From: an uncultured delta proteobacterium
Lineage (GTDB): Bacteria > Desulfobacterota > Binatia > Binatales > Binataceae
Assembly: GCA_963724765.1 (NCBI GenBank)
Contig: CAVRVY010000004.1
Coordinates: forward strand, 1,280,001-1,344,000
Length of the DNA stretch: 64,000 nt
Direction of reading: 5' to 3'
Shown here in pieces: positions 29,715-37,916 of this stretch (position 1 is the first letter of the stretch; each line of letters begins with the position of its first letter). The notes below the pieces were generated by a model. That model was given only the letters and a program-made list of their open reading frames with translations. It had not been told where the DNA came from and ran no database searches. The position numbers and the translations under genes are program-made.

Positions 29715-29919
29715 CGTGCTGATATCCCCCCGATGTGCTTTTCCTGCGTCATGCTTTGATTCAACATAGGTCCTAGACCTATGTTTCATTAGATGGCAAG
29801 CGGACTTTACGTAAGCTCTCGGCAAAGGTTTCAGGACGACGACGTTTCAGGACACAACCATGATGGATTCGATGGATGCGATGAATTCGATGGATTCGAC
29901 GATGCTCTGGCCAGGGACG

Positions 29920-30669
29920 ATGCGCCGGCTCAAAATAATCGCGGCGAAGCTGGCGGCGGCAGGGTTGGAGAAAATCGGAACGTTCGCGTTCGTCACGATA
30001 GCGCTGGCGGTCGCGTTCGCGGTCGGCGCCGGGAGGGCGAATGCGGCGGCGCATACCGGCGAGCCGGCCGACATCGCGCATCGCCACGTGGCGGCGATGG
30101 CCTCGCCGGGGGCCGCCACCCTGCAAATGTCCACCGTGGTGACGGGAGTGCTGGCCGCGCCCCAGGCGGGAGGACCGCTCGCCGGCCATGAGCTGCATTT
30201 CCAGGAGCGCATCAGCGGGAATATCTATACGTTAAGGACGGAACCCAACGGCGCATTTTTGACCATGCTTCCCCAGGGCTGTTACGACCTGCGCGGCATG
30301 AATGGCGCCGTGATCGCAAGCGCAGTGACTGTCGGGCAAAGTCCGGTCAACCTCGGCCAGGTGAATTCGCCCGGGCCATACGACGTATGGCGTCTGCTCG
30401 AGTGGCAGGAAATAGGTGAGGCGATCGTGAAAAGTCCGGCGCCTGCGACCGCCTACATTCCGAATGCCGGAGAAGGGTCCCAGCCGATCTCCGTCACCCC
30501 GGTGGCCAGCCCCCGGGTGATGGGCGCCGACGGACGGCCATCCATGCCGGCGGAGGTCATCCCATCGCAGATACAGGAACAGACCGAGATTCCCTCGGGT
30601 GACCAGGTTCCTGCCCCCGGCATGCCCCCCGCCCAGGATATGGCGCCCGCGCCCGCCGGCGGCTACTGA
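29920..30669 (+). CDS. Hypothetical exported protein with Pro-rich C-terminus
   Basis: Hydrophobic signal-like segment and GC-biased codon usage; alternative starts lie in an upstream ATGGATTCG repeat (29860). Confidence 0.55.
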   Translation: MRRLKIIAAKLAAAGLEKIGTFAFVTIALAVAFAVGAGRANAAAHTGEPADIAHRHVAAMASPGAATLQMSTVVTGVLAAPQAGGPLAGHELHFQERISGNIYTLRTEPNGAFLTMLPQGCYDLRGMNGAVIASAVTVGQSPVNLGQVNSPGPYDVWRLLEWQEIGEAIVKSPAPATAYIPNAGEGSQPISVTPVASPRVMGADGRPSMPAEVIPSQIQEQTEIPSGDQVPAPGMPPAQDMAPAPAGGY

Positions 30670-30855
30670 GGCATCTGACTGCCGGATTGAGCGAGCGCTG
30701 GCTCCGGACGCGCCACTTCGGAGAAGGGGGCCCCGGCGCGCGGCGGCAAGTCTGCAAAATCAGGTTGCTTGCCTCCGCGGCACCGGGTGGGGGAGAGAGT
30801 TTTTTCAGCCAGCCTCGACGCCGCTCGTGGATCACGTCGATACTCCCGCTCCGGA

Positions 30856-32034
30856 TTACGCCTTCACCAGTCTTAGCGCGGCGGGGCGGAGCGCGAAGCC
30901 GCCGTTGTCCTCCTCGCGGCCGAAGCCCTCGAGCCCATAGCGCATGAGCATCCGGTAGAGCGTGGTGCGCGAAACGCCCAGAATCCGCGCCGCGCGTTGC
31001 CGATTGCCGCGCGCGTGACTGAGCGCGCTCACCAGCGCCTCGCGCGTGAGTTCGCGCAATGAAGAGGGGGCGGATCGGACCGGCTCAGAGGCAGGAGCCG
31101 GTCCGACCCCGACGGATTGCGGGGAGGAGGACGCAACCGTCGCGGCGACACCCGGTTTGGAGGACAGCCGGGTAACCAGAACGTCGCCGGGGAGACTCCC
31201 AAGATCGATACGGTCGGAATCGCTGAGCAGCAGCGCGCAGCGGATCGCATGCTCCAGCTCGCGCACGTTGCCCGGCCATTCATAGGCGAGCAGATGCTCC
31301 ATCGCGCGGCGCGAGATGAATCTGACGTTGGTGCCGAACTCGCGATTGCAGCGCTCGACGAAAAGGCTCACCAGCGCGTCGATCCCCTCGAGCCGCTCGC
31401 GCAGCGGCGGCACCATCACCGAGGCGACGTTGAGCCGGTAGAACAGGTCGCCGCGAAAGCGCCCCTCTGCTACCGCCTTGCGCAGGTCGCGGTTGGTCGC
31501 CGCCACTATCTGAACGCCGACCTTGTGTGTGCGCGTCGAGCCGACCGGCTGCACTTCATGGTATTCGACCGCGCGCAGCAGCTTGGCCTGCAAGCCCATC
31601 GGCATCTCGCCGATTTCGTCGAGGAACAGCACTCCGCCCTCGGCCGCCCTGAAGTAGCCTTGCGAATCCTCGCGGGCGTCGGTGAAGGCGCCCTTGACAT
31701 GGCCGAAGAGCTGGGATTCGGCCAGCGTCTCAACCAGGTTGGAACAATTGAAGGTGACGAAGGGCCCGCGCGGCTCCGGACGCAGGTTCCACACTGCGCG
31801 CGCCACCAGTTCCTTGCCGGTACCCGATTCGCCATGGATCAAAACGGTTGTGCGATGGGCGCTCAAGCGGGCGAGCAGGCGCATCATGTCTGCCATCACG
31901 GGCGACTTCACGACCATCTCGCCGACCTGCGCCGCGCGGCCCATCAGGCCGAGATCGAACCAGTTGCCGTCGGTCCCGTAGGCCCCGGCAGTTGCAATCA
32001 GACGCTCCGTCACTTCAGCAATTCGATTCAACAA
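30856..32034 (-). CDS. Sigma-54 enhancer-binding protein (AAA+ plus Fis HTH) with no recognisable sensor domain
   Basis: GESGTGKE, SQLFGHVKGAFTDA, LFLDEIGE, RGDLFYRLN, WPGNVREL, AARILGVSRTTLYR. Confidence 0.92.
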   Translation of the reverse strand: MLNRIAEVTERLIATAGAYGTDGNWFDLGLMGRAAQVGEMVVKSPVMADMMRLLARLSAHRTTVLIHGESGTGKELVARAVWNLRPEPRGPFVTFNCSNLVETLAESQLFGHVKGAFTDAREDSQGYFRAAEGGVLFLDEIGEMPMGLQAKLLRAVEYHEVQPVGSTRTHKVGVQIVAATNRDLRKAVAEGRFRGDLFYRLNVASVMVPPLRERLEGIDALVSLFVERCNREFGTNVRFISRRAMEHLLAYEWPGNVRELEHAIRCALLLSDSDRIDLGSLPGDVLVTRLSSKPGVAATVASSSPQSVGVGPAPASEPVRSAPSSLRELTREALVSALSHARGNRQRAARILGVSRTTLYRMLMRYGLEGFGREEDNGGFALRPAALRLVKA

Positions 32035-32106
32035 AAACCCCTAATCTCGGTTCACCCCGATGTATTTGAGTCCGGCGGAAAAATTCGGCGGACATGGCTC
32101 AACACG

Positions 32107-32122
32107 AGCAATTGCTATGCCA
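32107..32122 (-). promoter_or_regulatory. Sigma-54 (-24/-12) promoter facing the bEBP gene
   Basis: Minus strand TGGCATAGCAATTGCT fits TGGCA(C/T)-N5-TTGC(A/T). Confidence 0.75.
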
Positions 32123-32445
32123 TAGAGAGAAATTGCCTAAAATTGCCTATTAAAGCGATAATAAGAAGGACTTAGAATGATTAAAGTGTGGCGTTTTCGC
32201 TTTTTTGTGTTGCTCTAACGCAACCTTATTTAGCTAAAAGAGGCATATTTGAGCGTCTCGGCACCCCCGAAAATCGCCGCCGCAGGACAAACGGGCCGCG
32301 CGAGAGAAGCTCGACCGTGGCCGCCGGCGGCCTGGTCATGCATCGGCCAGCCACAGACGGGTAGCGACGTTGCGTAGCGGCAACAGTGAGTTGCGACCTC
32401 GCGTCTCCTGCCAATAGAGGATTAAGCTAACCCACTTGTGCCAAT

Positions 32446-32470
32446 CATACCGCGTGGCACGCGGTATGCG
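32446..32470 (+). promoter_or_regulatory. Sigma-54 promoter embedded in a 23-bp palindrome
   Basis: TGGCACGCGGTATGC (GG-N10-GC) at 32455-32469; CATACCGCGTG-G-CACGCGGTATG at 32446-32468. Confidence 0.65.
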
Positions 32471-32585
32471 TCTCCCATCCAACGCAAAGGTTGAAGCGGG
32501 ATAATTGAGCGTAGCCGATGGCGTCTTCCGACGCCTGATAGGGAAGGCACGCACCGCCCTCGGATGAGCGGCTTAAAACGAGAGA

Positions 32586-32840
32586 GTGAGTCGAACAATA
32601 TTCAAAAAACGCCTCTCGTTCAGGCGCGCCCCCGATTGGGTGCAATGCGAACTCTGCCAGCGCACCGGCGAGCATCTGCCGGCCCGCTTTGTGGTCGCGG
32701 TGGACGACGAGACGGATCGGTCGGCGCCGGTCGAATCGAAAACGATCCGGCTGCTATGCGTTGATTGCTCGGCCCTGGTCGAGGGCGCGATCGACGCCGC
32801 GGAGTGGAAGCGCCGAACCAACTTCAGCCTGGTCAAGTAA
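32586..32840 (+). CDS. Small hypothetical protein with two CxxC motifs (Zn-ribbon-like)
   Basis: CELC...CVDC; lies between the sigma-54 promoter and a terminator hairpin. Confidence 0.6.
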   Translation: MSRTIFKKRLSFRRAPDWVQCELCQRTGEHLPARFVVAVDDETDRSAPVESKTIRLLCVDCSALVEGAIDAAEWKRRTNFSLVK

Positions 32841-32922
32841 TTATGGGCGTGCCGCGTGACCGCCCAGTGTGAAACAAGTTTGGAAGGGGCGGGAAGGGGA
32901 CAAGGTTCCAAAGGGGGGATAG

Positions 32923-32950
32923 AGGGGCCGGCGGCAACGCCGGCCCCTTT
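32923..32950 (+). terminator. Intrinsic terminator-like hairpin
   Basis: AGGGGCCGGCG-GCAA-CGCCGGCCCCT followed by a short T tract. Confidence 0.7.
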
Positions 32951-33046
32951 GCATTTCATCGTCTGCTGATGATTTCGCCCTCGCCTTCTGGGAGGAGGCG
33001 CATGGGGCTCGCCGATCTCAAATGGTTCGCGGGGCGGCGCTAACGC

Positions 33047-33616
33047 TCACGCCCGCAACAGGGGAGACGGCCCGGAGCCGATGAACTCGCGCAACCGCTC
33101 GAACCATATCAGCTTGTGTTTGAAGCCGGGGAAGCTCGCGTTGAGGCCGCTTGGGTTGGGCAGCACGAAAACTTTGGCGTCGCAAATCAACTCAAGCTTA
33201 GCGCCCGCTCCGGCACTTGCGGCCCCGGCCAGCGGCTTGCCGGAGGTCCGGGAGGCAGCCTTACCGAAGAAATCGCGGTAAATTGTCACTCCGACGAAGG
33301 CGACCACCTCGGGCCGCAGACGCCGAATCTTGATTCTCAACGTTCGCTTGCCACGCTCGATCTCTTCGCGGCTCAACTCGGCGGCGGCGCGCGTGGCACG
33401 TGGGCAGAGATTGGTGAGCGCGAGGCCGAATTCGGCGATCCGGCGATCCTCCATATGGGTCAGTTCGAGCGGCACAAGCCGGGCCGCGTACAACAGCCGC
33501 CAGAACGGATTACCGGGGCCGGCGAAGTGATGGCCCACCGCCTCGGAGCGCAAACTGGGATTGATCCCGACGAACAGCACTCGGGGCGTGGGCGTGAGAA
33601 CATCGCGAAGCGCCAC
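33047..33616 (-). CDS. mug: G/U mismatch-specific DNA glycosylase
   Basis: LFVGINPS, GHHFAGPGNPFW, LPNPSGLN. Confidence 0.92.
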   Translation of the reverse strand: MALRDVLTPTPRVLFVGINPSLRSEAVGHHFAGPGNPFWRLLYAARLVPLELTHMEDRRIAEFGLALTNLCPRATRAAAELSREEIERGKRTLRIKIRRLRPEVVAFVGVTIYRDFFGKAASRTSGKPLAGAASAGAGAKLELICDAKVFVLPNPSGLNASFPGFKHKLIWFERLREFIGSGPSPLLRA

Positions 33617-33992
33617 GCGTCAATAACTATGCTACCGGCAGTGCGGAAAGAAGTATTACGGATACGAGCTAGCCGCCGCCGATCATTTGTATGTTCGCGT
33701 CTCTTCGCGCTATCTCAGTTTCCCTCACGAGCCTGCGTGCTGTGAGTGCGGTTGAAAAAGAGCCGGGCCGCGGTCAGCGCCGTAACGGCCATGAAGCACA
33801 AACCCAGGATACTCGGTGCGATCGCGCCAAACCGCCAGGAAAGACCCACATCAATGCCCGCCGAAGAGTGCGGCACCGCGCGTCAACCCGCGATCCGTCG
33901 CCCATCGGGCCAACAACGGGTATGGTCGGGTATTGTATCGTCTGCGCGAAGCCCAAAGCATCGCAAAGCCAAGCTCCGCGGAGCCAAAACCT

Positions 33993-34676
33993 ATGGATCA
34001 GATCGAACTGTTCGAGGCGATCTACTCGGCGCGCGCGCTAAGAAAGTTCCGTCCCGATCCCATACCCGACGAGGTAATCTCGAAGATCCTCGACGCTGCG
34101 ATTCAAGCGCCTTCGGGCGGCAACCGTCAGCAATGGCTGTTCGTCGTGGTGAAGGATCTAGAGCAGCGGCGCAGGCTCGCCGCCATCTACAAAAAGGCTG
34201 CGGAAATCGTCGCCGCCTTTTACGCCGCGCGCACCCGCCCCGAGCACGTGGACGAGGCAGGGTACCGGCGGATGCTCGCGTCGGGAAGCTATCTCTACGA
34301 ACACATGGATGAGGCGCCGGTTCTGCTGGTGCCGTGCATCCGGCCCGAGACGCTGAAATTCCCACCGATCGCGCAAACGGTCGATCAGACGGCGCTCGCG
34401 ACCCAGATCGATCGCACCAAGTGCGCCAGCATCTATCCGGCGGTCCAGAACATCATTCTCGCCTGTCGCGCCCTCGGACTGGGCACCGTGATCACGACCA
34501 ATCACCTCATCTTCGAGGACGAGGTCAGGGAGGTACTGGGATTGCCCTCCGAGATTCAGACGCATGCGCTGATGCCGATCGGCTATCCGCGCGGCAGGTT
34601 CGGCCCGATACGCCGCCGCCCACTCGCCGAGGTCGCTATGCTCGACCGTTTCGGCACCGCCTGGAAAGCGACCTGA
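33993..34676 (+). CDS. Nitroreductase family protein
   Basis: SARALRKF, QAPSGGNRQQW, SIYPAVQNIILACRALGLG, PIGYP. Confidence 0.9.
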   Translation: MDQIELFEAIYSARALRKFRPDPIPDEVISKILDAAIQAPSGGNRQQWLFVVVKDLEQRRRLAAIYKKAAEIVAAFYAARTRPEHVDEAGYRRMLASGSYLYEHMDEAPVLLVPCIRPETLKFPPIAQTVDQTALATQIDRTKCASIYPAVQNIILACRALGLGTVITTNHLIFEDEVREVLGLPSEIQTHALMPIGYPRGRFGPIRRRPLAEVAMLDRFGTAWKAT

Positions 34677-34717
34677 CGGGCGCCGCCGACGGCCATTGCC
34701 TGCGCACGGCCTCTAAC

Positions 34718-35245
34718 ATGCCGCCGCTAAGCCAGATCCTGACGCAGTGGCACGATTTCTACGCTCTGATCGGCGGCGCATCCGCGACCCTGGTCGCGCT
34801 GATCTTTGTTGCCGCTTCGATCGGCGCCGAAGTCTTTACCACCAAGCATCAGGCCGGCATCCGTTCTTTCCTCTCGCCGACGGTGGTCCATTTCACCGCG
34901 GTGCTGGTTATCTGCCTGCTCGCGAGCATCCCGACCGAAACCTGGATCCTTCTCGGCGCCCTTCTCGCATGCGTCGGCGCTATCGGCCTGGTCTACACGG
35001 GCTGGGTCTGGCGCAGGATGATGAAGCACGGCATCGTCGCTTCGATCGATACCGTCGACCGTTTGTGGTACGCGCTGCTGCCAATCCCGGCCTACTTGCT
35101 GGTCATAGCGGCAGGCGCAAGCCTATGGAGACGGTCTGCGTTCAGCCTCGGCATCCTCGCTTCAGCGTTGATCCTTCTGTTGCTCATCGGTATCAGGAAC
35201 GCCTGGGACATGACTGTCTGGATCATCGACCGTCGGCATCAATGA
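34718..35245 (+). CDS. Hypothetical multi-pass membrane protein
   Basis: About 5 hydrophobic helices; WHDF..GGASATL..LIFVA and GIRNAWD segments. Confidence 0.7.
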   Translation: MPPLSQILTQWHDFYALIGGASATLVALIFVAASIGAEVFTTKHQAGIRSFLSPTVVHFTAVLVICLLASIPTETWILLGALLACVGAIGLVYTGWVWRRMMKHGIVASIDTVDRLWYALLPIPAYLLVIAAGASLWRRSAFSLGILASALILLLLIGIRNAWDMTVWIIDRRHQ

Positions 35246-35300
35246 GCATCCACGTCGGGATCGTCCCTCACACCGAGAGACAGCGATCGCGAAGAGAGTG

Positions 35301-36290
35301 TCATCCGCCGATCTGGTACATCGAGCGGTCGCGGGTCGAGCGACCCTCTAGCAGGTGATGGCCGGTCGGCTTGAGCTCGACCGCGCGCACCAGGATGCGC
35401 GCTACCGCTTCCATCCCGCCGCCGGAGCGAATCGCCCTGCGCACGTCCATCTCGTCGTCGTTGAGCAGGCAGAGATGGAACTTGCCGTCGGCGGTCAGGC
35501 GCATCCGGTTGCAAGTCCCGCAGTACGGCTCGCTCACGGGGCTGATGAAGCCGACCACGCCGCTCGCGCCCGGGAGCCGGTAGTTGCGCGCCTCGTCGGA
35601 GGGGTTACTCGACTCGAACTCCATCAGCGGGCCGAGCGCCACCTCGATCCGCCGTCGCGTCTCGATGTTCGAGACGTAGCGCTTGATCGAAAGCGTCGCG
35701 CATTCGCCGCCCCCGAGCGGCATCAGCTCGATGAAGCGTACGTGCCAGTCGCGTTCGAGCGTCAGCGCGGCAAGGGCGACCACGTCTTCCTCGTTGTAGC
35801 CGGCGGCCACCACCGAGTTGAGCTTGATCGGCACCAGCCCGGCCGCCTCGGCCGCCATGATGCCCTCCCACACTCGCGCGAAGCTGCCCCATCGCATCTG
35901 CCGCTCGACGGTCACCGGGTCGAGGCTGTCGAGATGGACGTTGATGCGCTTGAGCCCGGCCGCCTTGAGCGGCATCGCGAGCTTCGGCAGCAGCAGCGCA
36001 TTGGTCGTGAGCGCGAGGTCGCCGAGTCCGGGCACCGCCGCGAGCCGCTCGACAATCTCGAGCAGGTCGGCGCGCAGCGTCGGCTCGCCGCCGGTCAGGC
36101 GAAACTTACGAAATCCGACGCTGACGGCGGCGCGCACCACCAGCTCGATTTCGGCCGGCGTCAACAGCTCGTCGCGGGGCAGGAAGCGCAAACCCTCCAA
36201 CGGCATGCAGTAGACGCATCGGAGGTTGCAGTTATCGATAACCGAGATACGCAGGTAATCGATTTCGCGGTTGAACGAATCTCTTGGCAT
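35301..36290 (-). CDS. moaA: GTP 3',8-cyclase (molybdenum cofactor biosynthesis)
   Basis: CNLRCVYC radical SAM motif, TGGEP, CGTCNRMR...C, C-terminal IGG. Confidence 0.96.
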   Translation of the reverse strand: MPRDSFNREIDYLRISVIDNCNLRCVYCMPLEGLRFLPRDELLTPAEIELVVRAAVSVGFRKFRLTGGEPTLRADLLEIVERLAAVPGLGDLALTTNALLLPKLAMPLKAAGLKRINVHLDSLDPVTVERQMRWGSFARVWEGIMAAEAAGLVPIKLNSVVAAGYNEEDVVALAALTLERDWHVRFIELMPLGGGECATLSIKRYVSNIETRRRIEVALGPLMEFESSNPSDEARNYRLPGASGVVGFISPVSEPYCGTCNRMRLTADGKFHLCLLNDDEMDVRRAIRSGGGMEAVARILVRAVELKPTGHHLLEGRSTRDRSMYQIGG

Positions 36291-36551
36291 GCTTGCCTGG
36301 GGAAAGCCTGTCGCGGTTGTCCCTTCTAAGCTGGATATAGGCTGCGCTGCGAGAGCGAACCCTGTAGTTCAATTGTAGTCGGGCGCGACGCGCGCTTACA
36401 ACCACGCCTTCCCCCGGCCTGTGCTGATTGCACTTTGAAAGAGGAATTTTCAGGCGTCTCCGCCGGTCTGATTTTTCCGGCTTACGCTAGTCTGTCAGAG
36501 CGCTCCGCGATCTATTAGAGTTGGTAGCCGCGCCAAACCTTATCGCTTGCG

Positions 36552-37406
36552 ATGCCCTCTAAGACTCCCAAAGCTTCCCGCACCTCGCCTGAAAATAGTC
36601 GGCCGATCATCGAAGTAGTGGGCCTCCGCGTCGATCGCGACGCGCTTATCCTCGATTCGGTCGACTGGCGCGTTGACGACGGCCAACACTGGGTCATCCT
36701 CGGCGCCAACGGCTCGGGCAAGACTTCGCTCTTGAGCGTGCTCACCGGCTACCTCGCGCCCACCGCCGGCACCATCAGCGTGCTGGGCGAGACCTACGGA
36801 CGCGCCGACTGGCGCGAGTTGCGCACCCGGATAGGCCTGGTCAGCTCGTCGATTCGCCAGCTGATGCCGCCGCATGAGAACGCCCTCAACGCGGTCGCAA
36901 GCGGGCGGCGCGCGATGATCGGAATGTGGGGCGAAGTCGACGAGGCCGACTCAAAACGCGCCGCCGAACTTTTGCGCGAAGTCGAAGCCGAGTATCTGAG
37001 CGAACGCCCATGGCGTTTCCTTTCCCAGGGCGAGCGCCAGCGGGTGCTGATCGGACGCGCGCTAATGGCGGACCCGCGCCTGCTGGTGCTCGACGAGCCG
37101 TGCGCCGGGCTCGACCCGGTCGCGCGCGAGCATTTTCTCGCCTTCATCGAGCGGCTGCTCGGCCGCCCCGGCGCTCCCACCCTGGTCCTGGTCACCCATC
37201 ACGTCGAGGAAATCGTCGCCGGCTTTTCGCACGTTCTGGTCCTGCGCGCGGGTAAAGTGCTTGCCGCCGGTTCGCGCGAGAGCGTGATGACCTCGGCGAC
37301 GCTCAGCCGCGCCTTCGACGCGCCGCTGCGGCTGGCTGCCAATGGCGGACGTTACTCGCTTGCGGTCGACGTAGAGCTGTCGAAGGTCGCGGAACCGTCC
37401 GGGTGA
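36552..37406 (+). CDS. ABC ATP-binding protein (ModF/YlmA-like)
   Basis: HWVILGANGSGKTS, LSQGE, LDEPCAGLD, VTHHVEEI. Confidence 0.85.
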   Translation: MPSKTPKASRTSPENSRPIIEVVGLRVDRDALILDSVDWRVDDGQHWVILGANGSGKTSLLSVLTGYLAPTAGTISVLGETYGRADWRELRTRIGLVSSSIRQLMPPHENALNAVASGRRAMIGMWGEVDEADSKRAAELLREVEAEYLSERPWRFLSQGERQRVLIGRALMADPRLLVLDEPCAGLDPVAREHFLAFIERLLGRPGAPTLVLVTHHVEEIVAGFSHVLVLRAGKVLAAGSRESVMTSATLSRAFDAPLRLAANGGRYSLAVDVELSKVAEPSG

Positions 37407-37666
37407 TTCGCAAGTTGATTTACAACTTGATTCAATCGATGTGATCGGCGAAAGCGCAACTGATTCTAAATCGAGCGTCACGCGGGTGACGTTTTTCCTT
37501 ATCATCTCAACGTTTTTCCTATCGTCTCGCTGGATTAAACCTGATAGCGTTGAGGATCGGTGGCCCTTTCTTGAACGCAGGCTGCCGGGATGCGGGTTGC
37601 AGTTGCGATAGACGGCAATAGATGGGTTGAGGGGAAGCCCCCGGCGGGGCGCGGAAAAAAAATACC

Positions 37667-37819
37667 ATGGGATGGAAGCTCACGTTTGCGCTGATGCTGA
37701 TTTCGGTTGCCGTGGTTTCGGCGTTGGTCGCCGGCGGCGAATCGGAAACTGAGGCGGTGGTGCGGGACGAGGCGGCGAAGCACTTGAGCGCGCTGCGGGA
37801 TCACCTGATCAGGCGCTGA
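37667..37819 (+). CDS. Possible 50-aa single-TM small protein (below ORF-track cutoff)
   Basis: MGWKLTFALMLISVAVVSALVAGGESETEAVVRDEAAKHLSALRDHLIRR; no clear RBS. Confidence 0.35.
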   Translation: MGWKLTFALMLISVAVVSALVAGGESETEAVVRDEAAKHLSALRDHLIRR

Positions 37820-37916
37820 CCCGGCCAGAGTCAGCCAGACCAAAATTGGCAGCATACGACGGACACCGGCTCGCGCCGCGCCCGGGGACGCGTTCTGCTC
37901 GCTTCCCGGCCTCCCG

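Noticed and set aside
32040-32260. AT-rich tract as a horizontally acquired island
   Set aside because: Short and intergenic with no mobility genes; better explained as a promoter region
32424-32443. Third sigma-54 promoter (minus-strand TTGGCACAAGTGGG...)
   Set aside because: Has a -24 TGGCAC but no GC at the -12 position
33691-33992. Short ORFs between mug and the nitroreductase
   Set aside because: No motifs and several conflicting frames; probably a divergent promoter region
33993-34676. Nitroreductase as dehydro-F420 reductase (FbiE-like)
   Set aside because: Far from cofC and no distinguishing motif; only the generic family is supportable
36291-36551. Moco riboswitch upstream of moaA
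   Set aside because: I could not recognise the conserved stems or motifs by eye; an Rfam/Infernal scan would settle it
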